Positions 1-8,188 of a stretch of 60,583 nt of DNA are shown in pieces. The first letter of the stretch is position 1. Every line of letters begins with the position of its first letter. Source of the stretch: Acidimicrobiia bacterium (GTDB lineage: Bacteria > Actinomycetota > Acidimicrobiia > Spongiisociales > ZC4RG35); assembly GCA_035281425.1 (NCBI GenBank), contig DATEDX010000124.1, forward strand, positions 1-60,583, given 5' to 3'. The position numbers were made by a program, and so were the translations under genes. The notes beneath the pieces were generated by a model. That model had not been told where the DNA came from, ran no database searches, and saw only the letters and a list, made by a program, of their open reading frames with translations.

Positions 1-654
1 CGCCACCTGGGCAACGGCACCGATCACATCCATGGAGGTAAAGGGATCGGGGAGCAACTCCAGAACCATCTCGGCGATCTCGTCGTCGGCTTCCATCTCC
101 GCCAGCTTGGAGGCGAAGCTGGGGCGGTCGTGGCTGATCTCGGAACGGAGACCGGCGCGGGCGTAAGGCCCGGGCGGGGTCACCGTTACCTCGCCGTCGG
201 CTGAAACCGATCCCTCTCGAAACTCGATCGAGGAGATGTGGCCCTCACCGATCGCACGGAGGCTAAGCAGGAACTGACCATCCTCGGTGGGTATGGCGGA
301 AGGGTTGGTGAGAGCAGCGCCCTCGATGGCGTACTCCTGGGTGAAGGTGGCCCCGAGCAGCAATCGCAGGTTTCGATCGCTGATCGATGCCAGCCGGGGA
401 ACGAATCCGGTGACGATCTCCAGGTGGCGCTCCCAGACTGTCTCTAGTTGGCGATGACGGGCCCGGAACTTCTCCCGGAGGAAGCCCAAGGTGGCCTCGA
501 TCTCGACGCTGGTGAGATCGAGGAGACGATCGGCGACCTGTTCCAGCCGCTGGCCCTGGTCGATCAGAGAGGTGGTGTGGGCCAGGAACGGTTTGGCGAT
601 CACCCGCGTCGGATCGGGCGACAGTCGCACCCCACTCGGATTGACCGTTATCAC
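1..654 (-). CDS. hypothetical protein, N-terminal 218 codons (gene continues past the left edge of the window)
   Basis: Hand translation of the minus strand from GTG at 652-654 is open down to position 1 (VITVNPSGVRLSPDPTRVIAKPF...LSLRAIGEGHISSIEFREG...). It is absent from the ORF track because it has no stop in the window. It may resemble the N-terminal extension of GH130-like glycosidase-related proteins, but that is from memory only. Confidence 0.5.
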   Translation of the reverse strand, partial: MITVNPSGVRLSPDPTRVIAKPFLAHTTSLIDQGQRLEQVADRLLDLTSVEIEATLGFLREKFRARHRQLETVWERHLEIVTGFVPRLASISDRNLRLLLGATFTQEYAIEGAALTNPSAIPTEDGQFLLSLRAIGEGHISSIEFREGSVSADGEVTVTPPGPYARAGLRSEISHDRPSFASKLAEMEADDEIAEMVLELLPDPFTSMDVIGAVAQVA

Positions 655-717
655 TGAGGACAGGGTAAGCGGGGTGGGGCCTGAACTTGTGGACTTTCCT
701 TAGGTCGTCAGGTTCAA

Positions 718-809
718 GACGTGTGACGTGAGACGTGAGACGGATGACGTGAGACGGAAGACGTGAGATCTGAGACGTGAGACGTGAGACGTGAGACGTG
801 AGACGTGAG
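718..809. repeat. tandem heptanucleotide repeat (GACGTGA)x13, 9 perfect and 4 variant units
   Basis: Read directly: gacgtgt gacgtga gacgtga gacggat gacgtga gacggaa gacgtga gatctga, then five perfect gacgtga units. It lies between the stop at 831 and the GTG at 654 of two minus-strand genes. Confidence 0.95.
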
Positions 810-830
810 TTTCAGCTCCGGGAAGTGCTG

Positions 831-1511
831 TCAGGTCGGCGGAGACGGCCGTTTGAACCAGCGGGCGGGGGCACTCACCACATGCCAGGCAGAGCCGATG
901 GCGGCGTTGTAGCGAATGTTGCCAGCGTTTTTCCAGATCCGCTTCTTGTCGACTTTGTTGGCGACTACCTCGGGTTCACCCTCGACGCCGAAGTGGGCAG
1001 CCAGGGCCTTCAAGGTGTGACGCCACATCATGTCTTCACCCTTGCCCACCCCGAACAGAAATGCCAGTTCCCACAAGGGATCGTTGGGCCGGATCAGGAC
1101 TTGCACCTGGCCCACGGTTCCTTCCTCGTCGAAAGCGGAGAAGGTGATCCAGCCAGCAAAGGGGTGGCCTTCTGGGGTCATGAATGCGAAGGAGGTGTCG
1201 TCGGCGTACATGACCAGCACTCCGGTGGAGAGGAGCTGCATCGACTGGATGTTGCCGACTTCGCCGGGCTTGATCCCCGCCACCGGGGCGTTGAAGCGTG
1301 AATAGGCCGGCCAGAAGGACCCGTAGTTGGCCTTCCACTCCGAGATGACCTTCTCAGGGGGCACCCCGGGAATGCGGATGCGGTAGGTCTTTTGCCACAT
1401 CTGCCCAAAACCCTGTTGGGGACCGGTAAGCCTCCGACCGCCAACGTTGACGCCTCCCGCGGCCAGCCGCTCGATGGGGGCCGCCCAGTTGCCGTCGTCT
1501 CTACTGCTCAT
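831..1511 (-). CDS. hypothetical protein (226 aa)
   Basis: Long ORF with balanced amino-acid composition (WKANYGSFWPAYSRF, MTPEGHPFAGWITFSAF). The overlapping plus-strand ORFs are Arg/Gly/Pro-rich antisense artefacts. I recognise no family. Confidence 0.6.
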   Translation of the reverse strand: MSSRDDGNWAAPIERLAAGGVNVGGRRLTGPQQGFGQMWQKTYRIRIPGVPPEKVISEWKANYGSFWPAYSRFNAPVAGIKPGEVGNIQSMQLLSTGVLVMYADDTSFAFMTPEGHPFAGWITFSAFDEEGTVGQVQVLIRPNDPLWELAFLFGVGKGEDMMWRHTLKALAAHFGVEGEPEVVANKVDKKRIWKNAGNIRYNAAIGSAWHVVSAPARWFKRPSPPT

Positions 1512-1564
1512 CTTTCCTCCCGAACTATCTGTATCAGTGATAACCAGGCAGCGTCACGACACCG

Positions 1565-1915
1565 TTACGACAGGGTGGCCTTGATGGCGTCTTCGTCGGG
1601 ATGGATCTCGATGGCTTCGTCGAGTCGGGTGAGGGACAGGATCTGGCGATAGTGATCGTTCAGTCCGTAGGCCGCCAGCTTCTGGTTGTTGCGTTGCGCC
1701 CGGATCAGCATGGTGACGAGCAGGCCGATCCCGCCACTGTTCATATATTCGAGATCGGCGAAGTTGAGCGCCACCGCTTTGACGTCTCCGCTTGATGCTT
1801 GCGAGAAGGCCTCCGAGAACACGCCTTCCGAAAAGGCGGTGATCTCCCCTTCAATGTCGATGACCCGCAGCCCGGGGGTGGGCTCCCGTACGTTCATAGC
1901 CGTTCTTGCTTCCAC
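1565..1915 (-). CDS. STAS-domain anti-sigma-factor antagonist (SpoIIAA/RsbV-like)
   Basis: STAS pattern: LNFADLEYMNSGGIGLLVTMLIRAQRNNQKLAAYGL...L. GGGAGG lies 4 nt upstream of GTG at 1915. It sits 9 nt after the stop of the upstream STAS gene. Confidence 0.85.
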   Translation of the reverse strand: MEARTAMNVREPTPGLRVIDIEGEITAFSEGVFSEAFSQASSGDVKAVALNFADLEYMNSGGIGLLVTMLIRAQRNNQKLAAYGLNDHYRQILSLTRLDEAIEIHPDEDAIKATLS

Positions 1916-1924
1916 GTTTCCTCC

Positions 1925-2269
1925 CTAACTTGCCGCTACTGCGGTCTCTTGGCTGTCGAACAGGTCGATGAAGTCGGCCAGCCTGGTGATTCTGAAAATC
2001 TCCTGATAGTGGGGGGTGAGCCCATAGGCCCGGACCGCTCTCCCCGCCGCCCGGGCCTTAGCCAACAGCCCGACGATGAGGGCGATGCCGGTGGAGCTGA
2101 TGAAAGTGACGTCGGTGAAGTCGAGTACCACCGGTCCCCCGGATTGGGCCTCGGCATAGGCGGACTCCATCCCCGCTTGCGCCGACCGGTCGATGATTCC
2201 GCTCAGCTTGACGAGGTCGGCGTTGCCGATGGCACCCACCTCGGCCAGGAATGCTTCGTCGGCCATCAT
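1925..2269 (-). CDS. STAS-domain anti-sigma-factor antagonist (SpoIIAA/RsbV-like)
   Basis: VVLDFTDVTFISSTGIALIVGLLAKARAAGRAVRAYGLTPHYQEIFRITRL. AAGGAGG is upstream. The start overlaps the stop of the upstream gene (ATGA at 2266-2269). Confidence 0.85.
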   Translation of the reverse strand: MMADEAFLAEVGAIGNADLVKLSGIIDRSAQAGMESAYAEAQSGGPVVLDFTDVTFISSTGIALIVGLLAKARAAGRAVRAYGLTPHYQEIFRITRLADFIDLFDSQETAVAAS

Positions 2270-3846
2270 TCGCCTCCTTTCGAGGAACCGGCGATGGTCA
2301 TCTCCAGTTCAATCGTGTGGTGAAGGTCGTCGCTTTCGGTTCTCAGCTCATCAACCATTTGCCCGATGAGAAAGAGCCCCCAGCCGCGGGGCGACTGCAG
2401 CCCTGCCAGCTTGGCGTCCAGGTTGGGTAGGGGTTGGGCGGTGAGGGGCCGTCCCCCGCCTTGGTCCCGGATCCGCACCAAGATGCAATGATCGTCGGTA
2501 CGCACCGAGATCTCCACCGGGAGCTCAGGCCGGCTTTCGTTCCCGTGCTCAATGGCATTCATGGTGGCCTCCGCCACCGCCGTCTTTAGCCGCTCGACCC
2601 GGTCCGGGGCCAGCCCGAGGGGGGCCACCGCTTCCGCCACCCGGGCCATGGCAATACGTTCGTTCCCCTCCTCGGAGGGGAGAGTGAATTCGAGCACCGT
2701 TCTCATCTCGGCAAAGGATCGGGCGGACTCGGCGGCCGAAGCCACCCTGGTGACCGACACCAAGGTGACGTCATCTTCCGGTTCGGCGCCGGGGCCGACG
2801 AACCGGTCGAGTTCGCCCACCAGCTGGTTGATGATGTCGTGGTCGAAATTGCCAACTAGCTCCATCAGCCGGGGAAATCCGAACATGGTGCCATCAGGGC
2901 CGTGGGCCTCGACGATGCCGTCTGAGGAAAGGACCATTGAGGATCCCGGGCCGAGGCGGGAGCGCTGTTCGTCGTAGCGCATGCCCTCCATCAGGCCTAA
3001 GGGCATACCGGTGGCGCGCAGCTCCGCTACCCCATCACCACTACGAAGGTAAGGCAAGTTGTGGCCGGCGTTGGCAAAAACCAGGTCCCCGCTGGCGGTG
3101 TCGAGTACGCCGTAGAGGCAGGTGACGAACATGGCCGGAGGGATTTCGTTGACCAGGGCCTGATTCACCTCGGCCAGGACTTCGCCCGGGGAACGATGGG
3201 CGGTGGCGGCGCCACGGATGGTGGAACGAGTGGTGGCCATCACCAAGGCCGCCGGAACCCCCTTGTCGGTGACGTCGCCGATCACTAAGCCCAGGCGCTG
3301 ATTGTCGAAGGGGATGAAGTCGTAGAAGTCGCCACCAACCGCCCGGGCCGGGCGGTAATAGGCGTCGATCTGCCAGCCGGGGGGATTGGGCAATTCTTTG
3401 GGCAGCAGTGTCTGCTGGATGAGGGCCGCCACCCGTAGCTCTTGTTCGATCCGCTCCCGCTCCTTGGCCTCCGCTTCCTGCTGGCGGACCAACTGGGCCA
3501 CTCGAACCGCCGGCGCCACTTGGGCGGCGAGGCTGGCGAGCAATCGCTTGTCGTCGGTTGAATAGGGCTGATCCGAGAGCCGGGGCCCAAGGTTGAGGGT
3601 GCCAAGCAACTCGCCTTGATTAATGAGCGGCACCAGGAGCGAAATCCCGGCCGCTCGCAGCTCATCGAGCGCCATCGAGCTGAGATTGAGGTCGGTGAGC
3701 TCGACCGGCCCTCCCGAGTTGAGCAGATATCCATAGAGAGGGTCGTTGCGGGCAATCTCCACCCCCGGCGCGGTTTCGATCCCGGGGGGACTGGCGCTCT
3801 CCTGTTCTTGTCTATGGCTGCGGCGGAAGCGAGCCACCATGGTCAC
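2266..3846 (-). CDS. fused GAF-like sensor / PP2C (SpoIIE-family) phosphatase / RsbW-type HATPase kinase
   Basis: N-terminal GAF-like segment: LVPLINQGELLGTLNLGPR. PP2C motifs: GGDFYDFIP, GLVIGDVTDKGVPAALVMATTRS, SSDGIVEA. C-terminal anti-sigma kinase-like segment: AVAEATMNAIEHGN...LVRIRDQGGG. The start is either GTG 3846 or ATG 3840. Confidence 0.85.
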   Translation of the reverse strand: MTMVARFRRSHRQEQESASPPGIETAPGVEIARNDPLYGYLLNSGGPVELTDLNLSSMALDELRAAGISLLVPLINQGELLGTLNLGPRLSDQPYSTDDKRLLASLAAQVAPAVRVAQLVRQQEAEAKERERIEQELRVAALIQQTLLPKELPNPPGWQIDAYYRPARAVGGDFYDFIPFDNQRLGLVIGDVTDKGVPAALVMATTRSTIRGAATAHRSPGEVLAEVNQALVNEIPPAMFVTCLYGVLDTASGDLVFANAGHNLPYLRSGDGVAELRATGMPLGLMEGMRYDEQRSRLGPGSSMVLSSDGIVEAHGPDGTMFGFPRLMELVGNFDHDIINQLVGELDRFVGPGAEPEDDVTLVSVTRVASAAESARSFAEMRTVLEFTLPSEEGNERIAMARVAEAVAPLGLAPDRVERLKTAVAEATMNAIEHGNESRPELPVEISVRTDDHCILVRIRDQGGGRPLTAQPLPNLDAKLAGLQSPRGWGLFLIGQMVDELRTESDDLHHTIELEMTIAGSSKGGE

Positions 3847-3940
3847 CTACCTTTTCTACCCGGCCTCCGTTCCGGAAACGTTACGGAGATGGCTGCCTCG
3901 CCGGGTGAGGCCCAGCGACGTTACCGTTACGAACCGGCTC

Positions 3941-6670
3941 ATGGTGGAAAAGTCGTCACGTCTGTCTATAGCTCTGCTGGGGCCACCGGTGGTGACGGTG
4001 GGACGGGACCCGCTGGTGGTGGACACTAAGAAAGCAGTGGCTCTGCTCGCCTACTTGGCGGTGGAAGAGAGCCGCCCCAGCCGGGATCAGCTGGTCGACT
4101 TGCTCTGGAGTGAATCCGATGTCGAGCGGGGCCGGAGCGCCCTTCGCCGCACCCTCTCGGCTCTTCGCACCGGTTTGGGCGGGGGCCGCCTCCAAGCCGA
4201 TCGGGATCGGGTGTGGCTGGAGAGGGCCGGGCTGACGGTCGACCTCGAAGAGGTCGACCGGCTGCTTCATCAGGACCACGGACATGCCGTGGACTTGGTG
4301 TGCCCCGACTGTGTGAAGCCGCTGCAGCGTGCGGCTCGGTTGCACCGGGGAACCTTCCTAAGCGGTTTTCAGATCAAAGCGGCGCGGGGTTGGGAGGAGT
4401 GGGTCAGGCAGGTGGAAGGAGAGCGCCGGCGAGTGAGGCAGTTGGTATACGACCGGCTCACCAGGGCCTACGCCGCGATCGAGGATTACCGGGCGGCGGC
4501 CCGGACCGCCGAGGAGCGGATCGCCGCTGACCCCTTGGACGAGGCTGGTTACCGGCATCTGATGCTGGCATTGGCCCACGCCGGAGATCGCAATGGCGCC
4601 CTTCTCGCCTATCGCAAGTGTGTCCAGGTGCTGGAGACCGAATTGGGGGTGGCGCCCTTGGAGGAGACGGACGACCTCAACCAGGCGATCCTGGCCTCGG
4701 ACCTGCCCCGATTCCCCGGAGTCCGCCGGAGACCGGCGGCCGAGGCAGTTCCCAGCCCCCGGCGAGACTTGCTCGGTCGTCGATCCGAGCTAGCCGAAGT
4801 CGAGACTCTGCTGGGGGAGGCGTCATCCGAGGGCCGGGTGTTGCTCATCAACGGTCCGGAAGGGATCGGCAAGACCCGGGTCCTCGATGAGCTGATCCAC
4901 CTCGCCCGACAAGGCCAGCGGGTGGTGGTAACGGGCCGGGGTTACGAGTCGGAGAAGGAGATGCCCTACGGGGTGGTCGCCCAGATAGTCGACGCCGCCC
5001 TGAGCACAGTCAATTTCCCACCTCGGGAGGTCCCCTCCTGGGTGCTGGCCGAGGTTTCCCGCCTGGCGCCGTCGCTGGGGGCGGCTCCCGCCCTCGAACT
5101 CGAACCGGGCCCGGCGGAGCGCCGGCTGGTCGAGGGGCTGAGCCGTTTTCTGATGGCCCTTCCTGCCGGCGGTGTGGTGGCGGTCGACGCTGTCGAGGCG
5201 GCCGACCCAGCCTCCCTGCAGGTCCTGGCCTATCTGGCCCGTCAATTCCATCAGACCTGTGGCTTGCTCGTCTTGAGCGGGCGCTACCAGGACCTGGCCG
5301 CCACTTCGGCGCTCCGCGCCTTGGCGAGCTCGGCGCCGAGTCATGTCCGCCATCTGGCTTTGGGTCCCCTCGACGCCGCCGCCACTGCCGCCCTCGCCCA
5401 AAGTCGTGGTCTGCCCCGACTCTCCCCGGAGGAGCTCATCCGGAGGACCGGAGGGATACCTCTCTATGTGGTGGGGGAGATCGACGCATCAGGAGAGGAG
5501 GCGGCCCGGGCCTCAGTGAGGAGACGCCTCGACCAGCTCTCCCAGTTGGGGATGCAGACGGTGTCGGCACTGGCCTTGGCTGAGAGGCCGGTCAACATGG
5601 AATGGCTGGAGCCGGTCAGCGGCCGCTCGGAAGAGGAACTGGTCACCGGGTTGGAGGAGAACATCCGGGCCGGGTTGGTCCAGGAGCTAGACGATGGAAC
5701 GGTCGACCTGAGCCACGACCTCGCCCGGCGCCTGGTTAAAGAACGAACCACCCTGGCCCGCCGGCGATTGCTGCATCGCCGGGCGGCGCAGGCTTTGGGG
5801 AGTGATCCCGCCCACGCCGCCTTGGCGGTGAGGCATCTACGGGAGGCGGGCCGAGAGGCAGAAGCGGCGCAAGCCGCGGTGCGTGCTGGCCAGCACGCCC
5901 TCAGCCTCTTCGCTCTTCGGGAAGCCAAAGACCATTTTGAGACCGCTCTGGCTCTGGGACCGGCGCAGCTGCCGCTGGTGCAGCGAGCCCTAGGCGACAT
6001 CGCTCTGCTGCAGGGACGGTTTGGCGAAGCACGTCACCACTTCGAGGCCGCCGCCTCGGAAAGCAGCGGCGCCGATCTGGCCCTGGTCGAGCACCGGCTG
6101 GGTGATGTCGCTCGCCGGGTGGGGGATTTCGCCGCCGCCCAGCTGCAGTTCCAACGGGCGGAACGGCGTCACCCCCAACCGGCCCGGCTCCTCGCCGACC
6201 GGGCCCTGCTGGCTCGCCGGCTAGGGCATTTGGAGGAAGCCCGCCGGTTGGCGGAGAGAGCCCGCCAGCGCGCCGTCGACGAGGCCGACCTTGCCCGGGC
6301 ACTGGGCTTGATTGGCATGTTGACCGAGGAGGCTGAGGAGGCGATCGCGCTGCTCGAACAGAGCCTCCAACGAGCCGGGGAAGATCCCACTCTCAGAGCC
6401 GCGGCCCACAACAGCCTCTCCTATGCGCACCAACGGGCGGGACACTTGGATGAGGCGTTGTTGGCTGCCCAGCGGGGACTCGATTTGGTGAGGTCGGTGG
6501 GAGATCGCCACCGCGAGGCCGCGCTACTCAACCGCCTGGCCGACGTTCTTCACCTCCAAGGTCGGGTGGAGGAGTCCAAGGAGGCCTTGCGCCAGGCGGT
6601 CGGGATCTTCTCCGATCTGCACACCGTCGAGGCGCCGGTTCCGGAGTTGTGGCTCCTCACCGAATGGTGA
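3941..6670 (+). CDS. SARP/AfsR-family transcriptional regulator (BTAD + NB-ARC-like P-loop + TPR)
   Basis: From ATG 3941: MVEKSSRLSIALLGPPVV...KKAVALLAYLA...LVDLLW (winged-helix/BTAD). Walker A: LLINGPEGIGKTRVLDEL. The Ala/Leu-rich C-terminus is TPR-like. The ORF-track start at 3746 overlaps the divergent gene and was trimmed. Confidence 0.85.
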   Translation: MVEKSSRLSIALLGPPVVTVGRDPLVVDTKKAVALLAYLAVEESRPSRDQLVDLLWSESDVERGRSALRRTLSALRTGLGGGRLQADRDRVWLERAGLTVDLEEVDRLLHQDHGHAVDLVCPDCVKPLQRAARLHRGTFLSGFQIKAARGWEEWVRQVEGERRRVRQLVYDRLTRAYAAIEDYRAAARTAEERIAADPLDEAGYRHLMLALAHAGDRNGALLAYRKCVQVLETELGVAPLEETDDLNQAILASDLPRFPGVRRRPAAEAVPSPRRDLLGRRSELAEVETLLGEASSEGRVLLINGPEGIGKTRVLDELIHLARQGQRVVVTGRGYESEKEMPYGVVAQIVDAALSTVNFPPREVPSWVLAEVSRLAPSLGAAPALELEPGPAERRLVEGLSRFLMALPAGGVVAVDAVEAADPASLQVLAYLARQFHQTCGLLVLSGRYQDLAATSALRALASSAPSHVRHLALGPLDAAATAALAQSRGLPRLSPEELIRRTGGIPLYVVGEIDASGEEAARASVRRRLDQLSQLGMQTVSALALAERPVNMEWLEPVSGRSEEELVTGLEENIRAGLVQELDDGTVDLSHDLARRLVKERTTLARRRLLHRRAAQALGSDPAHAALAVRHLREAGREAEAAQAAVRAGQHALSLFALREAKDHFETALALGPAQLPLVQRALGDIALLQGRFGEARHHFEAAASESSGADLALVEHRLGDVARRVGDFAAAQLQFQRAERRHPQPARLLADRALLARRLGHLEEARRLAERARQRAVDEADLARALGLIGMLTEEAEEAIALLEQSLQRAGEDPTLRAAAHNSLSYAHQRAGHLDEALLAAQRGLDLVRSVGDRHREAALLNRLADVLHLQGRVEESKEALRQAVGIFSDLHTVEAPVPELWLLTEW

Positions 6671-6675
6671 GCCGG

Positions 6676-6924
6676 TCAGGCGGCGGGGGTGTCAACCAGC
6701 GGCGCCGGGGTGCAGTAGAGGAGGGCGGCTGCTACCAGCGAGAAAGCTCTCAGCCTCGCCACCTCGGGTTGGGTGCGATCGAGGAGGACTTTGGCAGCAG
6801 TGGTCGCCACCCGACGCTTGTGGGCCAATTCAGCTGTGGTGGCCAGCTCGGTGTCGGCTGCCTCTATTCCTGAGCCGGCGATCCGCCAACCCAGTTCGGT
6901 CAGATAAACATTGAGGTTCTGCAT
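6676..6924 (-). CDS. small hypothetical protein (82 aa)
   Basis: ATG at 6922-6924 is preceded by AAAGGAG with about 7 nt spacing (MQNLNVYLTELGWRIAGSG...). The longer track ORF (to 7119) would overlap the LysR gene. Confidence 0.45.
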   Translation of the reverse strand: MQNLNVYLTELGWRIAGSGIEAADTELATTAELAHKRRVATTAAKVLLDRTQPEVARLRAFSLVAAALLYCTPAPLVDTPAA

Positions 6925-7012
6925 GTTTCTCGGCTCCTTTCGAGCCTCAACGTACGGCAAAACGTTCATCACGTCCAACGATGATTCCTGCTCGCTATGA
7001 TTAGCGATACTT

Positions 7013-7963
7013 ATGACTCTGGAAACGCTCCGTGATGTGGAAGTTCGGCACCTCCTTGCTCTGCAGGCGGTGGCGGAAGAGAGATCCTTCGGCAAGGCGG
7101 CCGACCGGCTCGGCTTCACCCAAAGCGCGGTAAGTCAGCAGATCGCGGCGTTGGAGCGCTTGGTGGGGGAGAGCCTCTTCCACCGACCGGGAGGCCCCAA
7201 GCCGGTCGAGGTCACCCCCGCCGGCCGGCTGATACTGGAACACGCCTCGGCCATCCTCGACCGGTTGGAACTGGTCGAAGACGAGCTCAACGGGTTTCGT
7301 AAGGGCACCACCGGACGCCTGGTGGTCGGCACCTACCAGAGCGTTTCGGTCAAGGTCCTTCCGGAGGTGGTGAGCCGCTTCCGTCTCACCCGTCCCCACC
7401 TCGACATCCGACCCCTCGAGTCAGACGACAACGACCTCCTGATGTCGCTCCTCGTCGAGGGTGAACTTGACATCGCCTTTGCGGTCGGCCCCACCTACCA
7501 CGAACGGATCGAGTTGATCGAGTTGTGTGAAGACCCCTATGTCGTGGTTTCCACCCCGGACTTCGAACCCGGCAAGGCCGCGGTCCCGGTGGGGGCTTTG
7601 AATCACACCGGCATCGTCGGCTGCCGACCCGGGGATGCCTGCCAGGTGCGGATCGAGGCCAGCTTCCGCTCTCTCGGTATCAACCTCCGCTATTCCTTTC
7701 GGAGCAGTGACAACGCCGCCATCCAGGCCATGGTGAGGGCGGGGGCGGGACCGGCGGTGATGCCCCTGCTGGCGGTGGACACCTCCGATCGTTCGGTTGC
7801 CATTCGCCCCCTCGAACCCGAGATCCCTCCCCGGGTGATCGCGGTGGCCACCGTCACCGATCGTCCCCTGTCTGCCGCCGCCGCCGAGTTCATCGAGGTT
7901 TCACGCGACGTGTGTGAGAGGGTCCAGAGCGAACACCGCGCTGCCCTGGCCCCAGCCGCTTAG
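7013..7963 (+). CDS. LysR-family transcriptional regulator
   Basis: N-terminal HTH: VRHLLALQAVAEERSFGKAADRLGFTQSAVSQQIAALERLVGESLFHR. The C-terminal region has substrate-binding-domain length and pattern. Confidence 0.9.
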   Translation: MTLETLRDVEVRHLLALQAVAEERSFGKAADRLGFTQSAVSQQIAALERLVGESLFHRPGGPKPVEVTPAGRLILEHASAILDRLELVEDELNGFRKGTTGRLVVGTYQSVSVKVLPEVVSRFRLTRPHLDIRPLESDDNDLLMSLLVEGELDIAFAVGPTYHERIELIELCEDPYVVVSTPDFEPGKAAVPVGALNHTGIVGCRPGDACQVRIEASFRSLGINLRYSFRSSDNAAIQAMVRAGAGPAVMPLLAVDTSDRSVAIRPLEPEIPPRVIAVATVTDRPLSAAAAEFIEVSRDVCERVQSEHRAALAPAA

Positions 7964-7981
7964 CTCCCCTCCCAGAAGGGT

Positions 7982-8029
7982 TTTTGGCTCGTAAAGGTGA
8001 CGCCATGGCGTCACCTTTACGAGCCAAAA
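7982..8029. repeat. REP-like 48-bp perfect palindrome (family copy 1)
   Basis: ttttggctcgtaaaggtgacgcca|tggcgtcacctttacgagccaaaa, with 24-nt perfectly complementary arms. It is related to the copies at 31549, 43626 and 46529. Confidence 0.95.
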
Positions 8030-8049
8030 CCAAAACAACCCGAAAAACA

Positions 8050-8091
8050 CAGTTCCCGGTGTCGAGACCGAGGTCTCAACTCCGGGAACTG
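8050..8091. other. nested inverted repeat / long hairpin in the lysR-serB spacer
   Basis: cagttcccgg tgtc gagacc ga ggtctc aact ccgggaactg: 10-bp outer arms and 6-bp inner arms. No clear U-tract follows. Confidence 0.6.
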
Positions 8092-8188
8092 ATGACATCT
8101 TTATATCCACGCCGGGTCCGTTTGGCAAACTGAAAGCGAAGAAAGATTTCGCGTTCTCGGCTCGGTGGCCTCCGGGTAGCCTCCGGCA

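Noticed and set aside
718-809. Possible CRISPR array or coding repeat
   Set aside because: The units are 7 bp and contiguous with no spacers, so this is not a CRISPR array. The ORF starting at 798 is an antisense artefact of the 831-1511 gene.
3746-3940. 5' extension of the SARP ORF in the track
   Set aside because: It would overlap the divergent phosphatase-kinase start and adds an Arg/Cys-rich non-homologous leader. ATG 3941 gives the canonical SARP N-terminus.
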